Assembly: GCA_036388355.1 (NCBI GenBank)
Contig: DASVRZ010000017.1
Coordinates: forward strand, 6,514-70,513
Direction: 5' to 3'
DNA from: Chthoniobacterales bacterium
GTDB taxonomy: Bacteria; Verrucomicrobiota; Verrucomicrobiia; Chthoniobacterales; DASVRZ01
Length of the DNA: 64,000 bases
Part shown: positions 36,292-46,261 of the stretch, in pieces
How the letters are laid out: each line of letters begins with the position of its first letter
How positions within the stretch are numbered: position 1 is the first letter of the stretch
Position numbers and translations under genes: made by a program
Notes under the pieces: model-generated
Databases searched by the model: none
What the model was told of the DNA's origin: nothing
What the model saw: only the letters and a program-made list of their open reading frames with translations

Positions 36292-39200
36292 TTGGCGCGC
36301 ACTCACGTGCCTCATCCCCCTTTTTCTTTGCAACCGAATCCATCCTCGCGCTCACTGAATGACGTTGTGGCGCCCGGCAGCGGCGTCCCGAGCGACGCTG
36401 CGGTTGTGGCGCAGGAGATCGCTGAGGCGAATCTGCGGGCCGAGTTCATGTCGAACGCTAGCGCTACCCTCGCTTCGTCTTTGGATTATGAGCAAACGCT
36501 GGCGACCGTCGCGAGGCTGGCGGTGCCGAAGCTGGCGGATTGGTGTCTCGTGGATGTGGCCGATCCAGACGGGCAACTGCGCCGACTGGCTGTGACGCAC
36601 AACGATCCAGAAAAGATCGCCTTGGCGCAGGACCTCAGCCGGCGTTATCCGGAGAAGCAAGATCTGGAGTTCGGCGTCTATCACACCTTCCGCACCGGCA
36701 AACCGGGCATGGTCACTGAAGTCACGGAAGAGCTCCTGCTCGCTGCAGCGCGAGACGAGGAGCACCTGGCGATTTTGCGGGAGCTGGGCCTCACCTCTTT
36801 CATCTGCGTTCCCCTGTTGGCCAATGGCCGCAGCGTGGGTGTGATCTCGCTGGTCTCCGCCGATCCGGCTCGGCGATTCAGTGAGCGCGATCTTGCCTTT
36901 GCCCAGGAACTGGCGGCGCGCTCGGCGCTGGCGATTGAAAATGCACGGCTCTACCGCGAGTCCCGCGAGTCGGCGGAATGGCTCAGCACCACCTTGCGCA
37001 GTATCGGCGATGCGGTTGCCGTGACGGACGAAAAGGGCGCGGTGAAGTTCCTCAACGCGGTGGCGGAGTCACTCACCGGCTGGCCCGCGGCAGAAGCGAT
37101 CGGGCGGCCGATGACGGAGGTTTTCCAGATAGTCCGCGAGGCAACAGGCGAACCCGCGGAGAACCCTGTGGAGAAGGCGCTCGCCACAGGAAAGGTCGTG
37201 AGCCTGGCAAACCACACGGAGCTCGTGGCGAAGGACGGGCGGCGCGTTCCGATCGATGACAGCGCGGCACCGATCTTTGACCTCACCGGAAAGATCAACG
37301 GGGTGGTGCTCGTTTTTCGTGATGTGACGCGGCAGCGGCAGGCGGAGAACGACCGCGCCGAACGGGCCAGGCTCGCCGCGTTTTCCGCCGCGGTACACCA
37401 GACTCTCGGGCAGGCGGAGTCGATGGAGGCGATGCTGCACCATTGCGCCGATCTCCTCGTCGAACATCTCGGTGCCGCCTTTGCAAGAATCTGGATCAGC
37501 GACCCCGAGGAAAGCGTGCTCATCCTGCGCGCCAGCTCCGGCCTTTACACGCATCTTGATGGACCGCACGGACGTGTGCCCGTAGGCGCTTTCAAGATTG
37601 GGATGATCGCCAAGGAACGTCAGCCGCACTTGACCAATAATGTGATCGGCGACCCACACGTGCCGCAGCAGGACTGGGCACGGGAACAAGGGATGACCTC
37701 GTTTGCCGGCTATCCGCTCCTGGCAGATGATCGGCTCATCGGCGTAATCGGAATGTTCGCGCGGAAGCCGCTCAGCGACGCCACTCTCGAAGCCCTGCAA
37801 ACGGTGTCGCAAGCGCTCGCCGTCGGCATTCAGCGAAAGCAGGCGCAGGAAGCGCTCCTGGAGCAGAGCGAGTGGTTCCGCGTGACCCTCGGCAGCATCG
37901 GCGATGCGGTGGTGACGGTGGATACCACGTCGACGATTTCGTTTCTAAATCCCATTGCGGAAGCGCTCACCGGCTGGACCTCACAGGATGCCGTTGGTCG
38001 GCCGATGGCTAAAGTCCTGCAGCTAGTCAGTGAAACCAGCCGCGAGCGCATGGCGAATCCGATCGAGCGGGCGCTAGCGGAAGGCATCATCGTCGGCCTC
38101 GCTAATCATACGATCCTGCTCGCGCGCGACGGGCGGGAAGTTCCGATCGAAGACAGCGCAGCACCGATCCGGAACCCAGCGGGTGAGATCATCGGTGCGG
38201 TGATGGTTTTTCACGACGTGAGCGAACGCCGCCAAAAAGAAGTGGCGCTCGAAGAAAGCGAGGAGCGCCACCGGCTGTTGGGCGAGGTGGTTCCGCAACT
38301 CATCTGGACGACGGACGCGAACGGCAAGGTCGAGTATCTCAACGAACGCTGGCGCAGCTACACGGGCCAAACGAATTGGCGCTGGGCAGACGTTGTGCAT
38401 CCCGACGACAACGAACGCAGTATTGCGGAATGGCAGAGAGCGCTGGCGGTCGGCGGGTCGTTTGAAACGGAATGCCGCATCCGACGTCACGACGGGGAGT
38501 ATCGTTGGTTTGTCTCCCGGAGCGTGCCATTGCACAACGCGGACGGCGAGATTGTCCGCTGGTATGGCTCGTGCACCGACATTCATCAGCAGAAGGTCAC
38601 GGCGGACGCGCTGCGCGAGGAATACACAATTACCGAGCAGCTCAACGAAGTGGCCAAGGCACTCGCCACGGAGCTAGATCTCTCGAAGGTCGTGCAGATC
38701 ATCACCGATGCGGGAACGCGCATTACGCGGGCGCAGTTCGGCGCGTTTTTCTACAACTTGCTCGATGAAAAAGGCGCCTCTTACATGCTTTACACGCTCT
38801 CGGGAGTGCCACGCGAGATGTTCGAGAAGTTCCCGATGCCGCGGGCGACTCACGTCTTCGGTCCGACCTTCCGCGGCGAAGGCGTGATCCGCGCAGCCGA
38901 CATTCGCAAAGACCCGCGCTTTGGAAAAAACGAGCCTTACCACGGCATGCCGAAAGGGCATCTGCCGGTGGTTAGTTATCTCGCCGTGTCGGTGATCTCG
39001 CGCACGGGCGAAGTCATCGGGGGGTTGTTTTTTGGTCACGCCGACGAGGGCGTTTTCACCGAACGCGACGAGAAAATTATCATCGGCGTGGCAGCACAAG
39101 CGGCGGCGGCGGTGGATACCTCACGGCTCTATCAACGCGAGCAGCAGGCGCGCGCGCTGGCCGAGCAGGCGAGTCACGCGAAGGATAATTTTCTCGCGGC

Positions 39201-40380
39201 ACTCTCTCATGAATTGCGCACGCCGCTCACGCCAGTGCTCGCAATTCTTTCTAACATTCGGGAAGAGGCGGGTCTGCCGAAGGAACTCACCGAGGATCTG
39301 GAAACCGTGCGCCGCAACGTGGAACTAGAAGCGCGCTTGATCGACGATTTGCTAGATCTTACTCGCATCACCCGTGGCAAGCTGGAGCTGCAGTGCGAAG
39401 ACGTCGCGCTGGGCCGCCTCATCGAGGACGCGATCAATACCTGTCTGCCAGAGCTCAAGTCGAAGCATCTGAACCTGGTACGAGAGCTGGAAGAGACGGA
39501 ACAAAAAATCAGCGTCGATCCGGCACGAGTCACCCAGATCTTTTGGAATCTACTGAAGAACTCCGTGAAGTTCACCCCTGAAGGCGGGAGCATCACTGTG
39601 CGCTTGCGGCGGGTGGATGAAGATGGCGTCTCGTTCATGGTTCTGGATGTGCAGGACACCGGCATGGGCATTGAGCCGGAACGATTGCCATACGTGTTTG
39701 ATGCTTTCGAGCAGGGCGACCGGAAAATCACGCGGCAGTTCGGCGGCCTCGGTCTCGGACTAGCCATCTCTAAAGCCATCGCGGAATCGCACCACGGGAA
39801 ATTAACCGCTACCAGCGAGGGTCTCGGTCACGGCACCACTTTCACGCTGAAGCTGCCCTTTGACGGATGTCACGCGGAAGGAGAAACACCGAGCGTAGAG
39901 GCTGCTCAGGGAGCGTCTGTCGCTTCACACCCCGCGCCAGCAGCGAAGCCAGCGCATCGCCCTCGGCGCATCCTTTTGGTCGAAGATCACGCCGACACCG
40001 CCGCCATCCTCATCCGTCTGCTGCGCCGGATGGGTCACGATGTGATCCACGCCGACACGGTCGCCGGAGCACTCCGCATGGCGCACGAGGAAATGCACGG
40101 GAGCGGCATCGATTTGATCATGAGCGATCTCGGGCTCCCCGATGGCAGTGGGCTGGATCTGATGCGCGAGCTTTCCAAGACTTACGGCTTGCAGGGCATT
40201 GCCCTCAGTGGCTTCGGCATGGACAGCGATCTGGAACAAAGCCGCGCCGCAGGTTTCTCCAAACACCTCACCAAGCCGATCGACATCTCAGTGGTGAAAG
40301 CTGCGATTGCGGAGCTGGCCCAGGTGCCGCCCGCAGCATGTCCGTTTTCCTCAGGGCTGCGTCCTGACCGCCACGCTTAA
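36292..40380 (+). CDS. Hybrid sensor histidine kinase (GAF-PAS-GAF-PAS-PAS-GAF-HisKA-HATPase-REC)
   Basis: LSHELRTPL, NLLKNSVKF, QDTGMGI, GGLGLGLAI, REC motifs LLVED...SDLGLPD...KP, and repeated PAS units. Start uncertain (TTG 36292 or ATG 36448). Confidence 0.93.
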   Translation: MARTHVPHPPFSLQPNPSSRSLNDVVAPGSGVPSDAAVVAQEIAEANLRAEFMSNASATLASSLDYEQTLATVARLAVPKLADWCLVDVADPDGQLRRLAVTHNDPEKIALAQDLSRRYPEKQDLEFGVYHTFRTGKPGMVTEVTEELLLAAARDEEHLAILRELGLTSFICVPLLANGRSVGVISLVSADPARRFSERDLAFAQELAARSALAIENARLYRESRESAEWLSTTLRSIGDAVAVTDEKGAVKFLNAVAESLTGWPAAEAIGRPMTEVFQIVREATGEPAENPVEKALATGKVVSLANHTELVAKDGRRVPIDDSAAPIFDLTGKINGVVLVFRDVTRQRQAENDRAERARLAAFSAAVHQTLGQAESMEAMLHHCADLLVEHLGAAFARIWISDPEESVLILRASSGLYTHLDGPHGRVPVGAFKIGMIAKERQPHLTNNVIGDPHVPQQDWAREQGMTSFAGYPLLADDRLIGVIGMFARKPLSDATLEALQTVSQALAVGIQRKQAQEALLEQSEWFRVTLGSIGDAVVTVDTTSTISFLNPIAEALTGWTSQDAVGRPMAKVLQLVSETSRERMANPIERALAEGIIVGLANHTILLARDGREVPIEDSAAPIRNPAGEIIGAVMVFHDVSERRQKEVALEESEERHRLLGEVVPQLIWTTDANGKVEYLNERWRSYTGQTNWRWADVVHPDDNERSIAEWQRALAVGGSFETECRIRRHDGEYRWFVSRSVPLHNADGEIVRWYGSCTDIHQQKVTADALREEYTITEQLNEVAKALATELDLSKVVQIITDAGTRITRAQFGAFFYNLLDEKGASYMLYTLSGVPREMFEKFPMPRATHVFGPTFRGEGVIRAADIRKDPRFGKNEPYHGMPKGHLPVVSYLAVSVISRTGEVIGGLFFGHADEGVFTERDEKIIIGVAAQAAAAVDTSRLYQREQQARALAEQASHAKDNFLAALSHELRTPLTPVLAILSNIREEAGLPKELTEDLETVRRNVELEARLIDDLLDLTRITRGKLELQCEDVALGRLIEDAINTCLPELKSKHLNLVRELEETEQKISVDPARVTQIFWNLLKNSVKFTPEGGSITVRLRRVDEDGVSFMVLDVQDTGMGIEPERLPYVFDAFEQGDRKITRQFGGLGLGLAISKAIAESHHGKLTATSEGLGHGTTFTLKLPFDGCHAEGETPSVEAAQGASVASHPAPAAKPAHRPRRILLVEDHADTAAILIRLLRRMGHDVIHADTVAGALRMAHEEMHGSGIDLIMSDLGLPDGSGLDLMRELSKTYGLQGIALSGFGMDSDLEQSRAAGFSKHLTKPIDISVVKAAIAELAQVPPAACPFSSGLRPDRHA

Positions 40381-40403
40381 GCGGTCTCGCACTCCGCCAC
40401 GAC

Positions 40404-41423
40404 TTACCTGATTTGGCGCGTCCCGAATTCTGTTCCCAGCGCCAGGCAATCGGCAATCGGCAGAACCCCATTCGACGTCCCCGCACCAAACAGACAGGAC
40501 GCGGCGGAACTCACGCCGTAACGAAGCGCCGTCTCGATGGTTAGCTCTTCGTGCAAGCCGAAGAGAACTCCGGCGGCGAAGGCGTCCCCTGCTCCCACGG
40601 TTCCGACAATCCGCTCCTGCGGCACTTGCAGGCTGCCCTGCACCCGTAAAATCTGATCCGCACCAAGCGCGGTCGCACCCTCCGGGAAGTGAACAATGAC
40701 CCATTCCCGCCCACCGTATTTCAACAGCACCCGCGAAGCTGCTTCGACAGCGGCCAATGAGATTTTGCCATTGGGACGAGTCGCGATTCCGGTGGTTCTC
40801 TCGATCTCGAATTCGTTCAGGATGCAGTAGTCCGTATACTTCAAAGCTGGCACCACGATCTCTGAGAACCGCTGGCTGTCCTCGCTCACCACATCGATGC
40901 TCGTCTTGCAGCCGGCTTGTTGCGCCGCGTGTAAAACGCGCGCGGCCACCGTCCCGTATTCAGGGTCGCTCTGATCCAACTGATCGAGCAGCAGCAGATA
41001 CCCCAGGTGGAAGATCTTGGCCTCAACACCTTGAAATTCAAAATCCGGCGCGGCCAGAAAAGCGTTGGCTCCGCGTTGATGAAAAAAGGTTCGGCGTCCA
41101 GTCGACTGCACGGTCATCACATCCGTGTAAGACGTCGGTGCCTCCGAGTGCCTCCGAAGTTGCTGAGTATTGATCCCAGCCTGAACACACTGATCGTAGA
41201 TCCATTTCCCATCGCCATCTGCGCCGACCAACCCAATCGCCGCAAGCGGAAATGAAGCGCCGAGCTTGGCGAGGTCTAATAATACATTAAAAGGGCTGCC
41301 TCCGTTGCCGATCGTCTGACCGAGAATATTCGCCAACGCATCCTGCTGCGGATAGGTGTCGATTACCTTCAGCTTATCGACGATCCAGTTCCCGCCTGCG
41401 AGTAAACCTAGGCGCTCTCTCAT
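40404..41423 (-). CDS. PfkB family carbohydrate kinase
   Basis: NGGSPFNV, GLVGADGDG, GRRTFFH, NEFE, GTVGAGDAFAAG. Confidence 0.92.
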   Translation of the reverse strand: MRERLGLLAGGNWIVDKLKVIDTYPQQDALANILGQTIGNGGSPFNVLLDLAKLGASFPLAAIGLVGADGDGKWIYDQCVQAGINTQQLRRHSEAPTSYTDVMTVQSTGRRTFFHQRGANAFLAAPDFEFQGVEAKIFHLGYLLLLDQLDQSDPEYGTVAARVLHAAQQAGCKTSIDVVSEDSQRFSEIVVPALKYTDYCILNEFEIERTTGIATRPNGKISLAAVEAASRVLLKYGGREWVIVHFPEGATALGADQILRVQGSLQVPQERIVGTVGAGDAFAAGVLFGLHEELTIETALRYGVSSAASCLFGAGTSNGVLPIADCLALGTEFGTRQIR

Positions 41424-41995
41424 AGCTGGGGATCGCTCACGAGCCGCAGGAGAGCAGGTTCGTCTTCTTCAATGCCGGGGTAGCGGCCGATCTCTGGATC
41501 CGCAAAACAGTTGTCGTTGAGATCGTCATTCGCGCTGGAGACTTCTCCAATAATGCACTTCTCAGTGAGCGGATAGAAAGCATGGTAAACGCCGGGAACG
41601 AGCGTGATCCGCGAGCCTGCTTCCAGCTCGACGACGCTTCCCGATATCACCGACACCGGCTCATGATTGATCGGAACGCTGAATGTTTTTCCGTCGGATT
41701 CCGACGGAACTCCAGCCCACACTTCCACCGCCAGACGGCCCCAGCGGCAGATGATGTCTTCCTTCTTTTGTCGATGACAATGCGCCGGCGTGGTCATGCC
41801 TTTCTGCGCATACATCAACTTCTCACAATACTCCGGCTCCTCGGCGAGGTTTACCAAAACGAGTCCAAAGTCGCGCCATTGGCCGAGACCAAAATCCGTC
41901 ACATCCCAACGCGGGCGCGGCGGCAACATCCATTCATGAGCCCGAAAACATTCCTGCGCGGATTGGATCAGCGCGTTGATTTCACTTCGTTTCAT
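41420..41995 (-). CDS. D-lyxose/D-mannose family sugar isomerase (cupin)
   Basis: MKRSEIN, WDVTDFGLG, YCEKLM, PAHCH..KKEDII, HAF, GEVSSANDD..DN. Confidence 0.9.
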   Translation of the reverse strand: MKRSEINALIQSAQECFRAHEWMLPPRPRWDVTDFGLGQWRDFGLVLVNLAEEPEYCEKLMYAQKGMTTPAHCHRQKKEDIICRWGRLAVEVWAGVPSESDGKTFSVPINHEPVSVISGSVVELEAGSRITLVPGVYHAFYPLTEKCIIGEVSSANDDLNDNCFADPEIGRYPGIEEDEPALLRLVSDPQL

Positions 41996-42018
41996 CTGAG
42001 GAGAAGTTCGAGCGGATG

Positions 42019-43143
42019 TTAGATATCAACGGCACGTTTCTCCGTTTGGGAAACAAGGGCAGCGGCAAAAATCTCGTGACTCGCCACAGCTTCTTCCGGC
42101 GTTACGCAACCGAAGCGTCCATTCAGTTCGCCCGCTCGCTCAGCCAAAAACGCGGCCCACATTTGCAAAAAACAATCGGGAAAGCCGGGCTCGAAAATGC
42201 CGCCCGTGATCGTGGGGAAAGGTCCGTGGAATCCCAGGTCCGTCCGCTGCCAAAGCTGTTCTTTGCCGCGGGTAAATGTCCACAACGTCTTAGGTTCCTT
42301 GGTGCTGTATTTCACGCCGCCATCGGTGCCGAGCACTTCGATGAACCACGTGTTCGTCTCACCGGGCGCCAGGCGTTTCATCTCGAACCGCAGCGGAACA
42401 TCCGCGCCGTCGATGGACACGTCGGAGTGCAGAAGCGCGTTGTCCCAAGTGTCGCAGGGAGCCATGCCGCCTTTGCCGTCGGGACGTTCGTGATAAACCT
42501 TCTGAAGCTGCGCATAGACGCGGCTGGGTTTCCATCCGAGGCGCAGCGGCACGTGCACCGTGTGCATGCCGAGGTCGCCCATCACTCCGATCTCGCCGCA
42601 GGTCTTCACCTGGCGTTTCCAGTTGGCTGGTTTGTTAGGATCGAGATCGCTGCTGTGATGAAAGCCGGAGCGGATTTCCAGGATTTTTCCGAGCTTGCCT
42701 TCGCTTGCAAATTGGAAGGCGCGTTGCACGCCGGGCAGGAAGGGAAACTCCGAACTGCAGCGCACAAAGCGGCCGGAGGTTTTCGCCGCTTCCGCAATAG
42801 AACGAGCGGCCTTCAGATCGATGCCGAAAGGTTTCTCGGCGAAGAGATCTTTGCCTGCTTTTAGAACATCGAGGTAGATCGCCTCGTGCAGATTGTGCGG
42901 CACGGCAACGTAAACAACATCAACGTCCGGACTCGCCAGCAGCTCGTGGCAATCGGCGGTGAGTAGTTTTACGGTTGGGATTTGGCGGAACCATTCCCGC
43001 TGTTTTTCCGCGAGATCACAGACGGCAGTCAGCTCCGCATCCACCGGGAAGTTTTCCAGCACGAACCAACGCGCAAGAGCGCTCGCCACTTCGCGGCCCA
43101 TCAGGCCTCCACCGATGATTCCGATTCTAACTTTGGTCTTCAT
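42019..43143 (-). CDS. Gfo/Idh/MocA family oxidoreductase
   Basis: GIIGGGLMG, VYVAVPHNLH, AEKPFG, GDLGMH. Confidence 0.92.
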   Translation of the reverse strand: MKTKVRIGIIGGGLMGREVASALARWFVLENFPVDAELTAVCDLAEKQREWFRQIPTVKLLTADCHELLASPDVDVVYVAVPHNLHEAIYLDVLKAGKDLFAEKPFGIDLKAARSIAEAAKTSGRFVRCSSEFPFLPGVQRAFQFASEGKLGKILEIRSGFHHSSDLDPNKPANWKRQVKTCGEIGVMGDLGMHTVHVPLRLGWKPSRVYAQLQKVYHERPDGKGGMAPCDTWDNALLHSDVSIDGADVPLRFEMKRLAPGETNTWFIEVLGTDGGVKYSTKEPKTLWTFTRGKEQLWQRTDLGFHGPFPTITGGIFEPGFPDCFLQMWAAFLAERAGELNGRFGCVTPEEAVASHEIFAAALVSQTEKRAVDI

Positions 43144-43155
43144 GCGGAGGTGCGG

Positions 43156-43986
43156 TTACTGGAGAAACTTGGCAGCTTCCGCGGCAGTCGCGCCGTCATG
43201 AACGATGGCCATGAGCGCCTTCGTCATCCCGGCCGGATTTGCATGCTGAATGACGTTGCGACCATAGACGATACCAGCCGCGCCTTGTTTGATGAGTTCC
43301 TCCGTGCGCGCCAGGATTTCTGCATCGGGAGCTTTGCCGCCGCCGCGAACCAGCACGGGAATGTTACCTGCGATCTGAATGACCTTGTGGTAAATCGTCA
43401 CGTCGTCTGTCGGGTCGGCCTTGATGATATCCGCGCCGAGTTCGACACCCTGGCGGACGAGTGGGAGAATTTTCGTAGCGTCTCCATCGACCATGTAACC
43501 ACCGGCTGCGGCGTTTGCCTGGAAGACGAGCGGCTCGACCATCAGGGGCATTCCGGCGCGTTCGCACTGCGGCTTGATGCGGAGAATATTCTGAATGCAC
43601 TGATCGGCGACTTCCGGCTCATTGGGGATGCTGAAGAGATTGACCACCACGCAGGTGGCGTCGAGCCGAACCGCCTGTTCGACAGGGTTCTCGATCATGC
43701 GGCTGAACAAGGTGCGCGGAAGGTCTTTGCCGTAAACATTCGCAACGTCGGTACGGAGAACGAGCGACGGCTTAAAACGACCGGGAATGCTCTGCAAAAC
43801 CGGCGCCTGCCCAATGGTGAGCTGAATCGCATCGGGAGCTGCTTCCACTAGGACGCGCACGGCTTCGTTGATGTTTTCGATTCCGCCGAGAAAGGACGAT
43901 TCATTGAAGAACCCGTGATCGATGGCGACATCGAAGCACCGCTTTGACTTGGGATTGAACAGACGGTTGAGGCGGAAGGTTTTCAT
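43156..43986 (-). CDS. Class I aldolase (DhnA/LsrF family)
   Basis: VAIDHG, LGADIIKAD (Schiff-base Lys), VRGGGK, GIVYGRNVIQ. Start at ATG 43986. Confidence 0.9.
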   Translation of the reverse strand: MKTFRLNRLFNPKSKRCFDVAIDHGFFNESSFLGGIENINEAVRVLVEAAPDAIQLTIGQAPVLQSIPGRFKPSLVLRTDVANVYGKDLPRTLFSRMIENPVEQAVRLDATCVVVNLFSIPNEPEVADQCIQNILRIKPQCERAGMPLMVEPLVFQANAAAGGYMVDGDATKILPLVRQGVELGADIIKADPTDDVTIYHKVIQIAGNIPVLVRGGGKAPDAEILARTEELIKQGAAGIVYGRNVIQHANPAGMTKALMAIVHDGATAAEAAKFLQ

Positions 43987-43990
43987 AGGA

Positions 43991-44037
43991 TGAGCGAACG
44001 TGATCACGTTTGACTGCTTCGATCACGCTGTCAAACG
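43991..44037 (-). promoter_or_regulatory. Promoter/operator of the aldolase operon
   Basis: TTGACA on minus (44029-44034), palindrome AACGTGATCACGTT (43997-44010), and TGAGCG/TGATCA/TGACTG repeats with 10-bp period. Confidence 0.6.
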
Positions 44038-44073
44038 GATTCTCTTCTGCGGATTGTGCCGCGGCCTCAGACC

Positions 44074-44835
44074 TCAGCCGTTTTTCGGCCAATGGACCTG
44101 AATACCGTGCGACTGCCACTCCTCCATGGAGCGCGCCGGTTGCACGTCGGTCACCCAATCGCGGATGTCACTCCACGTGGCGAAACGCACCGCGTTCGTC
44201 GAGTTCCACTTGGTGGAGTCTGCCAGGATCACCTGTCGGGAAGAGCGTTTGATGAAGATGCGTTTCGTCTCGGCTTCCGACAGCTCAGTCGTCCAGCACC
44301 CTTCTTCGTTCAGGCCTGTGGCGCCGATCAACGCATAATCGGCATGCAACATCTCCAGGGCTCCCAGTGCACTCGCTCCGACGAGGGCTCCACTGACTTT
44401 TCGCAGTTCCCCACCAATGCAGAGCACCGGAGCCGTTGCGTGCACCGCTGCGGCGACGAGCGCTACGGAATTGGTGATCATCCGAACGTCGCTTCGCCGG
44501 AGAAGAATTTTGCCCGCTTCCAAACAGGTTGAGCCTGCATCGACAAAGACAATCGCTCCGGACGGGATGAGGGCCGCGGCTTCCGCTCCGATGGAGCTCT
44601 TTGCGGAATGATTTCGCTCCACGCGGTCGTCGAACGAGATCTCGGCGCGTGCATACGCGGGATCCAAAACCCCGCCGTGCACTCGGATCAGATCACCCGA
44701 TTGCTGCAACTCCGTTAGGTCGCGGCGCAAAGTGGCGGGGGAAACGCCGACGAGTTCCTGGAGATCCGCGAAGTTAATCCGCTGATGTTCGCGAACAATT
44801 TTACGAATCGCGTTATGTCGTTCTTGAGCGAACAT
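44074..44835 (-). CDS. DeoR/GlpR family transcriptional regulator
   Basis: VSPATLRRDL, RVHGG, FVDAGST, ITNS, IGGELR, LADSTK. Confidence 0.95.
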   Translation of the reverse strand: MFAQERHNAIRKIVREHQRINFADLQELVGVSPATLRRDLTELQQSGDLIRVHGGVLDPAYARAEISFDDRVERNHSAKSSIGAEAAALIPSGAIVFVDAGSTCLEAGKILLRRSDVRMITNSVALVAAAVHATAPVLCIGGELRKVSGALVGASALGALEMLHADYALIGATGLNEEGCWTTELSEAETKRIFIKRSSRQVILADSTKWNSTNAVRFATWSDIRDWVTDVQPARSMEEWQSHGIQVHWPKNG

Positions 44836-44884
44836 TGTCGGATGGTATCGTTTCGATCATCATGAGCAACCATTCTTCCCATCC

Positions 44885-46258
44885 ATGATCCAGGACTTTG
44901 CCCGGGAATTGGCGGCTCGTTTTCCTCATATCATCTGCCTGCGCGATCGGGAAGATCTTATTCCCTATTCCTTCGACGGAACGGCCACATTTCAGGAAAT
45001 GCCAGAGTTGGTTGTCTTTCCGACCGCGACCGAAGAGCTGGCGGAGTTGGTGAAGATCGCGGGCAGGTTTCAGGTGCCAATTGTCACCCGCGGATCGGGC
45101 ACCGGGTTGAGCGGCGGCAGCATTCCGGTCCAAGGCTGTGTGGTTTTGTGTCTGCTCAAGATGAACCGCATCCTGGAAGTCGATCCGAAAAATCTAACGC
45201 TCTTCGCGGAAGCGGGCGCTGTGACTTTGGATATCGCTACGGCGGCGGAGGCGGCGGGATTGTTTTATCCGCCGGACCCGGGCTCGATGAAAGTCTCGAC
45301 CATCGGGGGGAATGTTGCGGAGAACTCGGGCGGCCTGCGCGGATTGAAATACGGCGTGACCAAAGACTACGTCATGGGCTTGGAAGTGGTACTCGCCTCC
45401 GGTGAGATTATCTTCACCGGAAACAAATGCGTGAAGGATGTCGCCGGGTATTCGGTGCGCGATCTTTTCATCGGCTCCGAAGGAACGTTGGGCGTCATCA
45501 CGAAGGTTTTGTTGAAGCTCATTCCCAAACCGCCTGCGCGGAAAACGCTCCTCGCCATCTTCTCGAAAATGGAAGACGCCGCAGAAACCGTCTCCGCAAT
45601 CATCGCCGCGAAAATCATTCCCTGCACGTTGGAGTTTCTCGATTCGGTCACCATCAATTGTGTGGAGGATTACACGCATGTGGGACTTCCTAGAGATGCT
45701 GCCGCTGTGCTGCTCATCGAGTCGGATGGACATCCCGCTGCGGTCGCTCAGGAAGCGGATTTAATGGCGGTACTCGCGCAACAGCATGGAGCTACTTCCG
45801 TTCAGGTGGCGCAGACTGCGGAGCAATCGGCTCTGCTCGCGACCGCGCGTCGTTCCGCATTTTCTGCGCTCGCACGAGTCGCGCCGACCACCATCCTGGA
45901 AGACGCCACAGTTCCGCGGAGCGAGCTCGCCAAAATGATTCGCTTCATCCAGGAAACCTCTCTCCGACACAACTTGAAAATCGGGACCTTCGGACATATG
46001 GGGGACGGAAATCTGCACCCCACTTTTCTAACTAATGAACGCAACACGGAGGAGATGCACCGCGTGGAACTCGCCATGCAAGAGATCTTCGATTTTGCGG
46101 TCAGCCTCGGCGGAACCATTACCGGCGAACATGGTGTCGGCCTTGCAAAGAAGTCGTTTCTACGCACCGCGATCAGTGATCTCAATCTCGATGTCATGAA
46201 GCGGATGAAAACTGCCTTCGATCCTGACGGCCTGCTCAATCCGGGAAAAATGTTGTAG
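44885..46258 (+). CDS. glcD: FAD-linked 2-hydroxyacid oxidase, GlcD-like
   Basis: RGSGTGLSGG, YPPDPGS, STIGGNVAENSGG, KYGVT, GSEGTLG, GHMGDGNLH, TGEHGVG, LNPGK. Confidence 0.85.
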   Translation: MIQDFARELAARFPHIICLRDREDLIPYSFDGTATFQEMPELVVFPTATEELAELVKIAGRFQVPIVTRGSGTGLSGGSIPVQGCVVLCLLKMNRILEVDPKNLTLFAEAGAVTLDIATAAEAAGLFYPPDPGSMKVSTIGGNVAENSGGLRGLKYGVTKDYVMGLEVVLASGEIIFTGNKCVKDVAGYSVRDLFIGSEGTLGVITKVLLKLIPKPPARKTLLAIFSKMEDAAETVSAIIAAKIIPCTLEFLDSVTINCVEDYTHVGLPRDAAAVLLIESDGHPAAVAQEADLMAVLAQQHGATSVQVAQTAEQSALLATARRSAFSALARVAPTTILEDATVPRSELAKMIRFIQETSLRHNLKIGTFGHMGDGNLHPTFLTNERNTEEMHRVELAMQEIFDFAVSLGGTITGEHGVGLAKKSFLRTAISDLNLDVMKRMKTAFDPDGLLNPGKML

Positions 46259-46261
46259 ACG

